A stretch of DNA of 64,000 nucleotides. Source: Balanoglossus misakiensis (Eukaryota; Animalia; Hemichordata). The notes beneath the pieces are model-generated. The model saw only the letters and a list, made by a program, of their open reading frames with translations, did not search any database and was not told where the DNA came from. Location of the stretch: assembly GCA_040954595.2 (NCBI GenBank), contig CM082592.2, forward strand, positions 6,619,577 through 6,683,576, written 5' to 3'. The position numbers and the translations under genes were made by a program. Shown piece after piece: positions 1-13,399 of this stretch (the stretch's first letter is position 1; every line of letters begins with the position of its first letter).

Positions 1-3000
1 CCTACTTGGTTCTGGAACCAACGCATAACAAGCAAGACTTTGCTGATGCCAAGGAATACCGGCATCTTTTAAAAGCTATGGGGGAACACTTAGTCCAGTA
101 CTGGAAAGACACAGGAATAGGTAGGTGATAGGTCACTTGAACATCTGGACTGTTCATGTCTGGGAATTTGATTGTCTGATAAACAACAAGTGGCAAAGTG
201 CACAGACTGAGTCAGTCTTCAGACAGTGGGACTCTTGGGAACAATACATGTAATATAAAATGTATCAGATGTACAGGAGAATGTGATAAAAAGTATCAAA
301 TTTTTTGCAAACTATATACAGTGTATCAGTTGCAATGTGCAACATTTTAAATTTGCTACATTGTAACACTGTCAATAAAAGTTTGTGTACTGCTTTCACA
401 GGGAGGGGTGACAAAGGAGAAGACAAATGAATTTATCTGTGTTCAAATTTTTGTGGTTAATTTCTTACAGTCCAGCAGGGAGTAACAAAATTTTGGGAAA
501 ATTTCGGCTATATCAGCCCTGCATGGAAAGACCCACCGTCTACAGATGCAAAGTATCTCAGGAAGCGAGCCATGCAAATCCCTATCACCATACAGTGTGG
601 TAAGTTTGACTGAAGTGTTTTTTTTATGGCTTACAGTCGAATTTGTGAATGGACGCACACAATATATTAAAATGGTAGTAAAGTGTCATTGATTCTAGCT
701 TTCATTCTTTTTCTCTTTCTCAGACACCTGCCTAAAGTGGCGAGTTCTTCCATTTTCTGCAAGCAATCTCAACAAAGAAATCCCTGAATATTGGGTGTGT
801 AGCATGAACCCTGATCACAGTCACAACAGGTAGAGTTTTACAAGTGATTTCAAAATTGAAAACAACAAATCACAGTGAATAATAATTCTATGTCTGTGAG
901 ATAAAACATAATTATTACAAAGAAAAGTCTCGTCTTAAAGCAATAAGGGGTGATACCCCAGGAGTCAGCATCTTGAACCTGTTGTGATCATGCAGAAAGT
1001 CTGAAACGCATGTCCAGAATTACTAAGTGTTTGGTAATGGTTCATTTCTCAGGTGTACGATAGCAGAACAAAAATGTAACATGCCAATGGGGTCGTTAAA
1101 AAAAGAAAGCAAAACGGCAGAGGACAAAAAGAAAGATTTAATGGAGGTAAGTATAAATCCACTGTCTGGAAGGATTTAAACAAATAAAATATTGTACATA
1201 TATTTGAGAATCAGAATCATGTTTTTGAGTGTTTAATCATGGCTTATATGTGGAAAATGTTTTAAAATGCTCAGATATATCTTATGTTATTATTTACAGG
1301 GAATACGAAAGAATCAAGAAAAGTTACAGCAACTAGAGGTAAATATGAAATCTTATTTTAAATGTTGCACAAATTTTTGTGTGTATTTTGAACTTCCATT
1401 TAGCAGAATGAAAACAGTGTGTATTGTCAATGACATTGTTTGCATTAAATTTACTTTAATAAATATTAATTTATTATTATTTATCAGTTTCAATCTTTTT
1501 AACGAAAGGGAAGGGTATACTATGTGATGACTTTTAAAGTACAGTAGCGCATCACCATTCACAATAGTGTACAAAAAATCACATAACCCTTCGAGTATCA
1601 GATACTATACGACAATTTGTGCACAGTAAAATATTACCATGGGAACAATTTGCTGTTTAGAACGGTCGACCTTGATATGTTTGAGGTGCATTGTATATGA
1701 TGTCTCTATTCTTCCCTCGGGGAATATTTCCATGGAAATGCCATCAAATGGTTTCTTTTGTGAGTTTGTGAATGTCTTGCTTTAATAATTTATGGTGATG
1801 ACTATCAGGTTTTTCTGTGATGGAAATTTCCACTCACATTTAAATTTTATATTTTACAATTTTGTAACATTTTTTGTGAACAACTGTATTTTTTTTATAC
1901 TGGTTTTAGAAACTACAAGTACATGTATGTTAATATCAAAAAAATATTAATAAATTGAAAAGACAATAAAATTATTAAAACAGAATTTTTTGCAAATTAG
2001 CATTTGGTGAGAGTAAAAGTGTGTCGGAACCAAATTTTTTGGAGGTGTGAGATTTGGTCAGGTGGTCTTATGGATTGCTTGTGAATTGAATTGAATTGAA
2101 TTAGAGTGGTAGTTAGAGTTTGAATGCATAAAATACAATCTGACTTGCCCGCAGATTTGAAGTAAAAGATCTAATGATGCGTAATTATTTTTTCCAGAAA
2201 ACAACAACAGTGACGTCGAGGAACCATCTGCCGCCACGAGAGCCAATTCCGGCAGAAACACCGCCGAGGAGGAACAGTACCAATTCCAGACCCGTTGGGA
2301 AGGCGTCTCCCGTAGTCACAAAGACAATAAGGCCGGCCCCGACAACCTCATCAAGGGAGGTCAGTGCCTAGAAAATGCAAAGTTAGACTGACTCAACTGT
2401 GGTGTTTATTTTGATGTTTCACTTTCAATCTAAGATTTGCCGAAATCAGGATATCAAGTATCCCTGTAGTTCACGATCTAAGAAAGCTGAATTTGGCAAA
2501 AGATAACATTTTTGTAAATTTACAGGTGGTTTCGAAACCTATCGGGAAGGCCTCGCCTGTGGTCAACAGCAGTCGAAGGTATTCGTCTGCTAGTACAACA
2601 CACACTTCTTCCAATCAAGTCAGTCGAAAAACACCAACTCCAGTAAGGAAACCTGACATCTCGCCTACAAAGGTAAGACACAAGGCTGTCTGAGCTGATA
2701 CGATGGTCCATCTACTGAATTATGTTTTAAATAAATGTTCATCACAGAAGATGTAATTGTTACAGGACTTTCTGTGAGAAATGGTGACATTAGATTACTT
2801 CCTGTGCATTCGTAGAGTGATTAATTTTTTTCTCTGTTTATTATGAAAGATAAATAATAAATATACTCATGTATTTTACAGGATTTTAAACTGTACTGTA
2901 TTATACAAATTCGTATACATAATCAATACTTTATGAGTTCTTGTTCTCATAGTTTTTCCATTACAATTTTATAAGGGATTAAAAATGTCTGATATGTTCG

Positions 3001-6000
3001 TTGCAGACAGTGAAACAATCGCAGGTTGCTGAAGCAAGCAAGAAGGTGCCAACACAGAAGAGGAAAAGCAATTCGGTGACAGAGACAGTCATTCCATCAG
3101 ACAGTGAAGTGAGTGAAATATGTATCCTGTATACCAGGAAACGGTTTTCCATGTGTGGTATTTCCTGTTTAGCCAGTGTGAATGACAGTAATGTTTCTTT
3201 GTATAGAGCCGTCTTAGGATATTATTTTGGCATATGCACTGAACACCACAAGAAAAGTGCCTTTAAAACATGAGGTGTGCTGCTAAATCCCTTTGAAAAT
3301 ATTTTGCAGTGTAATTCATGGGGATGAAATGCTTTAATATTGTCTTTGCTTTCAATATGACAGTCTGATGACATTCCAACCAAGAAGAAGAAAAACGGAA
3401 GTGTCATGAAAGAAGCAGTTAAGACCAAAACGTCACGGAGCAAATCAAACGAGGCAAGTTGAGAAAATTTATGATCAATGTTTAAAAAGATATGAGGAAA
3501 TATGTTGTCGTCTACTTCCTCAACCCTTGACTCATAATCTGAGATCTTTCACTGTTTTTTTTGTCATCACAGTCTGTTACGTCAGAAGAACCCATGGATG
3601 TTGAAACTGATGCAAGTGTTAGTGATATCGACGAAAACCATGAAGGTGGGTCCAGTTTAATTTTAACTTCTGAAAACGCCATTTTTTGCGTAATCATCAA
3701 GCCTGCAGCTTCATGATACAAAGCAGTTATTTTAAGTTTGGAAAAATTTGGAATGTTTTGATTTAAACACTTCTTGACATTTTTTCTATGCTTGCATATT
3801 CAAATGCATGACTACACTTTTTTAGTAGACAGGCCAGTTCATAAGTAGAATGTTTTGATTTATTTTTAGGTGGAAGTAAGTCAGATCTGGTGTTCTTTGG
3901 GAAATTGGGATATAATTACACAATTAGTGCTTCTGTAGGATGTCAGCAGCTTAAAAATAAGAAGGAGCCCACATAATGTGTGTGTTTCAAATTCAGAATA
4001 GTCGTGGTTAGAATTCCCATCTGTACATAGAATCTCTAGGTAGGAGTTTGGCCCAGGTAGGTCAGAATGGCTTTTAATGTAGGAGATCTCGAGTTACAGG
4101 TAAGATAGCACATGTCAATCAAGATGGTTAGGGAGGGTAGGCCATACTAGGCCGTGTTTCTCTTCCAAATAAATCTGCTATAACACCTCTCTTGTTGAAT
4201 AATCAGTTTGTCAACATTGCCCAAGATACTGTCCTAGCGAAAAGAGATTATTGTACCACACCCCTCCACAAAGTGACATCATAAACATTGCAGTTATTAT
4301 TGAGAAGAATTTACATGAAGGCAAATGTTTGTAGATCATTACACTGTATTTATGATGTTTTCTGTTGACGCAGAGATTGGTACCAAGATTGAAGCACGCG
4401 TGGATGGATCATGGTACCCAGGACAGGTGGTCAAAGTGTCGACAAAGAAAAATACTGCAAATCAGTGGAAAATTAAGTTCGATAAGAACCCGAAAGACAA
4501 GTATGACAAATGGTGAGTGTACAGAAATATGTGTCATGAATTAAATCCCTTATTAAAGCAGAACAAACGTCAATGGAGCCCAAACTCTGAAACCTAATGG
4601 TAACACTACCAACCATAGTGAATATTGAAAGTTTTGATATCTGTCTAATGCATTGGTAGACTTTTCCTGAACTATTAACGTCAATTTTTCCTGTGTGCTT
4701 TTTATCCAGGTATGACAAGAACAGCAAGGATCTGAGGACAGTAGAGGTAATTTTTGTGTTTGGTTTACAAGAAAATGTCCTGACACTTTTGCTGAAAAAC
4801 AATGTAAGACCCCTGCAATGAAGTCTGTGTAACACTAACAGCAGCTTATCCCACATGTTACACTTTTCCAAATCAATATGCAAAATTTAATTCAACTTTA
4901 ATATGTAACTTTATAACAAGTACTTGGAATACCATGGCGCAGGAGTTTTTGACATTGTGTTCTTCTGTTCACAGTCGGAGAAATCTGTGGATGACAAGCA
5001 CACTGTAAGCAAGGAGAAAGAAGAAAAGAAAGAAGTCGTGGATAATGTTGAGCCAGAAGTTAAAAATTCTGAAGAGGAGCCACCAAGTGGCAAGCCTGAT
5101 CCTTCTGATATCTTGAAGATAGCAGAGGGTTACAGGTATGTGTATTACACTATTCGCATGAGCACTTAACATATGAACCCTGTTTCAGAAACTTATTAAT
5201 TTCCTCACTTTCTCAACTATTTCGCATGCAAGTATTCCATCAATACTTGGTCACCATTGTTTTTTGCTTCACATCTATCTTCCAAACTTTAGGTCTTGTC
5301 TCAGGTATTTCCTTCCACCGTCGTGGACAATCAACCAAGAGGAAGTCAGCAATTTGAGCGTTGAAGACCTAATCAACTTCCCATTGGACAATTTCTTGGA
5401 TCACTATGAAAAGGGTCTCAGAAAGGTAGCTTATGATTCATATTCGTACTTTAATCCTCACTTGCCATTGTGTGTAGTGTAAACTGGTGTTCATTTTTAG
5501 CTCCCATTTGGTATATGTATATATACCATTGGGACCTTATGGGATCGGTTGAGTCTGTATGTATGTCTGTGTGTTCGTATGTGTCACTTTGCGTTGACTG
5601 CCACATTAGCCCAGTCTATGAATGAGAGAACCCAAACTGGGTACTAACTGTTGACCAGCTGTTGATCCAAACACTATCTTTGCATGCCTTGTTGCAGCTG
5701 GTGGGTACGTACCAGAGCCAAGCGGAGGGCAAAGCCAAAGAAGCTGAAGAGGCCAAATCGAAACTTTCAGGAGTGCGAAAAATGATCGTTCGACTTCTTA
5801 AATCAATCAATGAGGTGAGTTGTTCACAAAAATAATTTCGGTACTTGTTAAACATGGCCATGTAAATACCGTATGTTTGAGCTATGGACTTTAGAATGTG
5901 GTATGATCGAAAATATTTTCTGCCCTTTTCAGGATATTGATATTGATGGCCAGGCTGATGGTGATGAGGTGGATGAACTTTTAGCAGCTTGTGTAAGCCA

Positions 6001-6019
6001 GGCAGTGCAAGGAGAGTGA
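1..6019 (+). CDS. MORC2: MORC family CW-type zinc finger ATPase, MORC2-like (5' part lies upstream of the window; about 577 aa visible)
   Basis: Exons joined in frame: 1-120, 471-599, 724-829, 1053-1146, 1300-1338, 2198-2359, 2526-2672, 3007-3108, 3364-3453, 3573-3645, 4374-4512, 4710-4746, 4975-5135, 5293-5425, 5698-5814, 5933-6019 (TGA). The translation starts [36 protein letters not shown] (S5-fold end, near-identical to vertebrate MORC2). It continues with a CW finger ([13 protein letters not shown]...WVCSMNPD...RC), a coiled coil, an S/T/P/K-rich linker, a chromo/Tudor-like domain ([14 protein letters not shown]...WKIKFD) and the MORC2 C-terminus (CLRYFLPP...[14 protein letters not shown]...[17 protein letters not shown]). 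Confidence 0.96.
5494..5590 (+). mobile_element. End fragment of a Helentron-associated non-autonomous element (HINE/DINE-1-like) in a MORC2 intron
   Basis: T-run + AGCTC, a hairpin TCCCATTTGGTATA...TATACCATTGGGA, then a GTAT/GTCT microsatellite. This is the usual order at HINE ends. Confidence 0.45.
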
Positions 6020-8109
6020 GGCATATTTTCCAGGTATCCATGCTGGAAGATTTGCAATTTATCCTGGAAAATGGAAGATACAGGCAGCACATATTGTCCA
6101 AGATTGACGTTGGAAATAGTCAAGACAGTTCATGTCCAGCGTGTGTAGTGGGAGAGGTGTCTTGCATAGTGATATTTTTAGAACAATAATATAGGACCGT
6201 TTGCACTATGTTACCCTTTTAGAATTGATATTATTTTATTTTTAACGGTGGTACTGAGAGGTAACTCAAAGCTGAGAAATAGCAGCAATCACAAATTGCA
6301 TCAAGGTGTTCAAAAGGTGAGTTGATGTGAGTTCTGTACGACAGTTAACGTTTACTCCACACCCTTTGTAGCTACTTAAATTTCTTAGATAGTCATACTG
6401 TACAGGCATTATTATTGCATTTACTTATCCTGATAAAAATATATCAGTCACAGAAAGTTTTTGAAAGATATTATAGTTTTAAGCCAAAAGTGCTTACGAT
6501 GTGAAAAATGTTTCAAACCTTGCCATTTCCATTTAAACTTCAGAAGATATTTAATATTATTTTTTTAATTAGAATAACATATACGATGTAATTAGCTTCT
6601 GTCTATTGTAGATGATGGACTTGAAGGTGCTATTTCGTGACTTTTTTGCTGAAGAAAAAGTATAAACGTTTTTTAGATTTTTATAAAGAGATACATTGTT
6701 AAAAAGCACGAAGAAATAGCTAACCTTCTATTCGCATTGCCCACAGAGTGAAAAATCAATCGCATTGACTTCTAAAACTCTATATCACATGTCCCGGCAC
6801 CCAGGAAGGCTCTTTAGTTTATCAGTGTGGAAGGGCCCCGTAAAGGCGAGTTAGACCCCACAAATAGGTCCAAACAATACAGCAATACCTTGCCACACTT
6901 CTATATGAGTGTTGCCTGAAAGTTACACCCACCCCAGTGCACTGGACATGTTAGTAGGATGTGACTGTTAAAACGCCTTGGCCCTTTTTCCGTATTTTAA
7001 TCTTTCTTAAAGGCTTTCAAAGATCTTCACCCCAATATTATGAGTTCAATCATGTCATTATACATAGTGCCCTCTTTTCAACCCCCAGGTCACTACAATC
7101 ATATTATTTTACTGAATTTTAAGTTATTTTCTCTAGCCATTGTCTCCTCATGAAAGTTATTGCTTGGCAGATTTTTTTAGCTCCTGGAGACAAGGGGGGA
7201 CTTATATGGCTTTTAGGTGCATAAGCACAGCATATGGTTTTACATTGGATTACTTCACGACACAAAGTATGCCATAGAATATTGTTCTTGTGCCATGCGT
7301 GACCCAAATCAGATGGAGCATGTCTGAGTGATGGCCACAAGCTTGATAAATCTCATCCTGACAGCCACATTGGATCAGATGGCAATGACAGACAGAAGTT
7401 ACATGTATATTATGATAACACTAATGCAAAGTTAGGGTATGCATGTGTCTTACTATCAATTTTCGTTCTATCTTGTCCTTATGCCCGGCGTCATTTCATT
7501 TGTGTCGCGTCAGTGTTTAGGTCAATTATGCTCGCCATATCTCATTTTAACTGTCTATATGTCCGTTGAAGTCAACCATGCCGAGCTTGCTATGATTTTA
7601 ATTCAACCACGACGTCCAATGTTTACCGAGTATATGGATCCTATAGGGACTAGTACATCCTTAACATTGACTTGTTAGTCATTTGTTTTTGTTTTGATTG
7701 CCGCAAATTATCCATGGTACAGATGCAGAGATGATCATCAGTGTTGGCCTTCTCTCGTTACTCACTCCACCCAAAATAACTTTGCCAGTAAGAAAGCTTT
7801 GTGGATTTGTGGGATTTGCCAAATGAAACATCAAGATTATCTGTCAAGCCATTTTACCTTCACACTGGATTCAAATGTTTTCAAAGCGTAGAATATATTT
7901 TGCAAGTTTTAGCTGTAGATCACCTTGCCGTAGACTTTTAGATTACATGTTAAATATTGCCGTAAGGCTGTGCTGGCGTAGTATTATCTAGCTGTAGTTT
8001 TTTTTAGTGTACACCTTTTCATCGGCACTGCCACCCATGTCCAGTATTCGTCTCTTCTAACGGAACCCACATTTTATAATATTGTACCTGTGATCATGTT
8101 TATATATAC

Positions 8110-8115
8110 AATAAA
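8110..8115 (+). terminator. Candidate polyadenylation signal of MORC2
   Basis: AATAAA about 2.1 kb after the stop codon, followed by GT/T-rich sequence. Position is inferred only. Confidence 0.4.
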
Positions 8116-8366
8116 TGTAGGCAACAACAGTGTTCGAATATTGAAGCGTGTGCCGCGTTTCTTGTAGACATTTTGCCAGTTTTAGTGACATGTTATTCAA
8201 CCTGTGTGCGTGATTTTCTTGTTACTGGAGTATGACGTCAATGGAAGATATGGATTGGACGAAAAGGCCTTGTAGATGAAGTCGCACGTACGTAGGTATT
8301 CTTTGTTGTTATAGTTGAGATAAAATGTGAACGAAATCATCAAATGCATATCTTTCATTATGTCAC

Positions 8367-8372
8367 TTTATT
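8367..8372 (-). terminator. Candidate polyadenylation signal of the SEC14L-like gene
   Basis: TTTATT on + (AATAAA on -) about 750 nt past the SEC14L stop, converging on the MORC2 signal. Confidence 0.4.
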
Positions 8373-9119
8373 ATACATGGACGTCAAACAAAAAATTTAA
8401 TTTACAGATGATATTTTTAAATTACTAAAATAACCCAACTATACGAGCTATATAATGTACATGTTATCGGAAACAAGTAAAATATACAGATTAGATTATA
8501 CACTAACCGAAAGGCTGTGATTGTGCGCAACGTTCAACAGAAAATAATGCAATCAACTTAAAACTTTTAAAGCACAGCTTAAAATCAACTTTTTTTGTCC
8601 TCACAGAAGGAAAGTATATACACTTTATGAATTTTGACAGTCGATGCAACCACTTAAAGTATTTTATCGTATTTTAAAACTTGAACAGTTCCTTTTTCTC
8701 GACTCATAACCAATTTTAAACTTGCTGACTGCAATTTGCTGAAGTAGTGAGTTTTTACATCAAGAGAAATATTGCAACATATCTTGAACCAACGTCACTG
8801 CATCTGTCCTGTCATGTCTATAGACTGATACCCGTACAAATTCATGTGACCAAGATGATGGAACCGAACCCAGCATTGCAACGTTCACATTGTTCTCATT
8901 TGAACTGCTATGTAAAAAAAAATCAACACTCAATCTTTGGGCAACATAAAAAATAATCTTCTGAAATGCCATATGTTGTGTTTGGGTAAATACTGTTTCC
9001 CCACTGTCAAAAATGCAACGACCAGAAAAGTCACATTTAAAACTTCACCCAATCTTCTGGGTTGCAACCTCCATTTTATATTTAGTGGCTGTACGGCTTG
9101 AAAAGAATGCAATTCTTTT

Positions 9120-12100
9120 TTACAACTGCGTGGAAATGCCGTGAACAAGATCTATGACTGTTGCATCATCGCCCAGCTGGTCTTCGATTTCTTTATCTGG
9201 TGGCAGCACCTCCACGAGATATTTGAGTTTCTTGCTCTTGATCCAACTGAAACTATTGTCAAAGCGCACAACATCTGAGGGTAGAAGACAAAATACATGA
9301 GTTCGGTGATCTTATGTCTTATACATATGTACTCACTGACACTGTTTTGAAATGTCTCCCATACCTCATGACTGCAGTTTGCAGTTTGCTGCTGAACCAT
9401 GAGATACAGGGCCAGATAGACATAGACATTGGATACCAAAATCAGAAGTTAGAGACATGTATTTCGATTTGTAAACTTACAGTTTCCAGGTTCATCTATT
9501 CTGAAGGTGCCGTCTTCAAGGACGATGTTGCTCTTGCACCTACTCACAGGAAGCACTTCCGCCAGACTGCTGTCCGCGTTCTTCTTGAAAATCCCAAAGG
9601 CGATATCTGCCCCTTCTGACTGGAATTCATAACTGGAGGAAAGCGTCACACATGAGCTGGTCATGAAGTGATTCAGAGGCCATCTTTTTTTTTTGGGGGG
9701 GGGGGGGGAGGGTATATCACATGACTACCAATCAAGAATGAACATAAAAACCCCTCAGTGCCTTAAATAGTTTTTTGTGTGTGACCTGCACGAGTGATGA
9801 AAATCTTGTGTAATATCGCTTTTAAGTTTGCAGTGGAACATGCTTGTTTACATCCAGGCATGTGATTTCTAACAAATCACATGTTCTTCATGTGTCACTA
9901 ACCGTATATGAGAGCCAGGTTCCGTGACCGAGTAATCTAAATCTAAAATGGCACCCCGAGCAATGGTGGCTGTCTCCATGATATCCTCGTCGATATGCTT
10001 GTCCTTAAGGTAGTAAGATTCCGGAATTTTACCTCCGTAGCACACCTTATAACAAACGAAAAGGAAAAATCCTTCAAGTAAAGTTCCTCTAATTGTACAT
10101 ATATTGGAATGGCACATTAGCAAGTGCCAGGTAATACCGTATGATGAATCTTACCAATACTGCATTTGATCTGACACCATTAGTTGTAAAGATTTGCCAG
10201 AAGATTTCAATTTTATAACCTTTCCACCAATCCATGTACTAGTAGTTGATTGCAAAGATGTTAATGTTTACCTTTGTCTTGTACCTGGGATCACCATCTT
10301 CGTCTTTGAGGGTGCCACCAAAATGTTCCGGCAGCTGATCAGCATCTATGTGCTTTAATAATTCCTCTTTGAAATTGCCTATCATGAAAATAAGTCCATT
10401 ATTATGCATTGATATCTCATATTCCACTTATTGAGATTGCAAAGTACATTAGTGGTGATTGGGTTCTTTTAAGGTGGAAAGTGTTTTCTGGACCGAATGA
10501 AGAAAAATATTTGCTAATATACATTAAATATCAATGATATTTCAGCAGTTTTCTGTAGTGCAAAGTAGACCGTTTATACTGCAACAAGATGAACTTACTT
10601 CCAAGTATGTACACTTTCTTCTTGGTGTCTTCACTCAAGAATGGTTTGACCATGTTGTACCCAACCGAGAAAAATCTTGGTGCTAGCAAAAACAGAAAAA
10701 AAGATTGTTTCATATTTTGCCTTAGACTGAGATATGTTGGTGATGTGACACTAATATGTTAAGTAAAACCACATATAACAACATTAGACTTGTAGAGTAT
10801 TGTGAAATTGATGAGTGAAATCACAATGTATTTCTAGTATTTGACAGACAGCCAGCAGATGATTGCCTTAACCCTTTGAATGGGGGACTGTAGATAGACA
10901 CTACACATCCTAATTAGTCATTGTGTAAACTGAGAATATCATGGGTATCAAATTACCTCTAGTTATGAAACATTTGTCCAGCGCTTCGGGATAATTGGCT
11001 TCGAATATGGCCAACACCTGGCCATAGAGATCAATAAATGGCTTCCATATATGGTGTATTGTCACGTTCTCCAAATCAAAGATGACGACACACCTGTCCA
11101 CTCGTTTGCCAAGCTGAAACAGAAATACGACATTAAGGAAGTTGTCATTTATTTTTTGCAAGGAGTAAAAATTGGCATGTAATGCTTAACCCTATCACCC
11201 CCAGTTACCTCTTCAGAGGTCCAACCTTACCATAGAAAACAATAGGCTCAGACTGAACCATAGTGGTGAAAGGGTTAAATATATCCACAAAATGTTACTG
11301 ACCTTTTTTGTCTGTTCAGCACATGTTCTGTGAACCTTCTCAGATAACACTAATTTGGATTTCACTATATCCGACGACTTTGATGAGTAAATAATTCCTT
11401 TGGGGTCTATGTTACCAAACGGGTCGATCCAAATTGGGGAGCCATTTTTGGCAAAGCCACAAAGACCACCTACAAAGTATTTCTCAATGACCTACATGAT
11501 GTAAAAAAATGTGCTCTAATTAAAAAACAACAACAGATTAAAGCAGGTTCTTTTGCAACATATTATACTGATTTTGTTTGGCAGTATTTCAACAAATTTG
11601 CTTGATTTTGCATATTCTCTCTCTCTCTGTCTCTCTTCCTCTCACCTCAGGGTCTTGCCAGGTCTTGCATAATTCATCAAGTCTCATCTTCTTCTTATAG
11701 TCATGTGACTAAAATAACAACAGGGTCATAAATTGAGTACATGCCACAAACGTGTCCAAGTTGTCAGGATTAAAACGTGCATGGTCTTTAACGTTTTAAT
11801 AAAAAACACATAGGACACTAAATGTCAAAGTAAATTTCAAAATAAACTTTGACTGTTTGACCCATGTAGTATGAAAGAGCAAGGTTGGTCAATTTGGATG
11901 CTGGAGCGCCATCTAGTGGTGACTGTGGGTGTTTGAGCGCGAGGAAACGTCATCCTGATTTTTCAGGCACATACCAGTACTTACATTTCTGATCATTTTT
12001 TCTGCTTTTCCAACGTCCCAGTGTCTGGCTGCAGTAGAAATAATAAAACTAAACTTGTTAGATCACAATGGCCACATTTTGTATCCCAAGGCAGAATGCC

Positions 12101-13051
12101 GGTAAAGGGTTGGGTTTGTCCAGGTGGTTTCATGCGCAGATTTGCCAGATACATGATTTGGCACGCCATGTCTTGATTTGAAGTGAGAGTGCCAACTCAG
12201 TAGCTGAAAATGAGCTTTTCTCACTTAATAGGCCGGAGGGAGATTCACTTTCTAAAATATACACCCGGGTCAGTGTAAAGGTCTTGAGTTTGAATAGGTC
12301 ATAAGTCATACCTCTTAGCCACCTCAACAAATAGGCATCGTCATGATCAGGTTGTATCACATCTGCGATATTTTCTTTAAACTGGAGCGAAAAGAAACGA
12401 AATTGGGATGTTTTCAACAGTGGACATCCAAGGTTGCATGGAAACTAATGAATAATTCAGTGAGCAATTTTCAGGTGAGTGACAGCCGAGTGGGAGGTGA
12501 CAACAAAGTTACTTTGTTATCATGAAGAAAAGGGACTTTAGACGGACATATCAGTGTACTTTAGAGTTTAACTATACTCCTACTCCATATCAATGTACAC
12601 ATGTATAAAATATTAACCAAATATCAACATACTGACTTTAGAGATACCCGAACCAAAAAGTATATCACCTATTTTTTGGCAACGAAACCCAGTTGCACCA
12701 GAAACACAGATATGAAAAAGAGAGATTTGTATTTAAGATATTCGTGATGTTTACAAGCATTTAATTGCCACATCAACGTTGTGATGGCTGTCAAGATTTC
12801 TCTGTAGATTTTAAAATACATTAACTTTCACCCCTGGTATAATCTATGCGCCAACCTTTTGTTATTGTTGACAAACGCATTCCAGTTTGGACTTTAAACA
12901 AAAACAAATAACACTGTAGATATGGGTGATGTAGTATGTTTTTGTTTCATCATATGTAAAATTGATTTTCTGTTATCAACAATAGATTCCAATTTACCTT
13001 TTCAAATGCCTTCTCCTGTTTTGGACTCAGATCACCCACGTATCCACTCAT
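9120..13051 (-). CDS. SEC14L2: SEC14-like lipid-binding protein (CRAL-TRIO + GOLD), SEC14L2/3/4 family, 405 aa
   Basis: Exons in transcript order: 13051-12998, 12381-12312, 12028-11985, 11708-11646, 11491-11303, 11113-10957, 10682-10599, 10378-10272, 10045-9903, 9632-9481, 9274-9120 (TAA); 1218 nt, all introns GT-AG. Motifs: MSGYVGDLSPKQ, DDAYLLRWLRARHWD, FEANYPEAL, APRFF...VKPFLSEDTKKK, DADQLPEHFGGT, GGKIPESYY, and the GOLD end YVVRFDNSFSW. Likely co-orthologous to vertebrate SEC14L2/3/4/6. Confidence 0.95.
11186..11278. mobile_element. Short TTAA-flanked MITE (piggyBac-like ends) in a SEC14L intron
   Basis: TTAA-CCCTATCACC ... GGTGAAAGGG-TTAA terminal inverted repeats. The internal sequence recurs inverted at 16272-16345. 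Confidence 0.75.
11906..11919 (-). promoter_or_regulatory. CTCF core motif
   Basis: GCGCCATCTAGTGG on + reads CCACTAGATGGCGC on -, a full match to the CTCF core consensus; it lies in SEC14L intron 3. Confidence 0.5.
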
Positions 13052-13399
13052 GTTGATAGATGGGATAGGTCTTTATATTAAGTTTCTGAAAAAGGAAAGA
13101 AAGACTAGATGTGTAAGAAATCACTGACATACCTTAGGGGCTGTCTTTTATCGAAACATGCCCATGGTCAATTATGAGCGTATGAAAGGTGACCAAAGAT
13201 ATGAAATATGACAAATCACATGATAATAACATCAATCACAGTTGTACCTTACAATCACAACAAACGTCGTCTCACTCTAACCGGGACCATGGTTTAAGCA
13301 TAGACATTCTACTGTCTAGTCCAAGTGAGGTAACTTTGGTTAACCTCATCAATCCAACTTTGTGTCATGTGACCATGGGTAGAGCATTTAATAGTTAAG

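Noticed and set aside
1-6019. Functional link between the MORC2 silencing gene and the nearby satellite
   Set aside because: MORC2 acts in trans; a 41-kb proximity is not evidence of a system.
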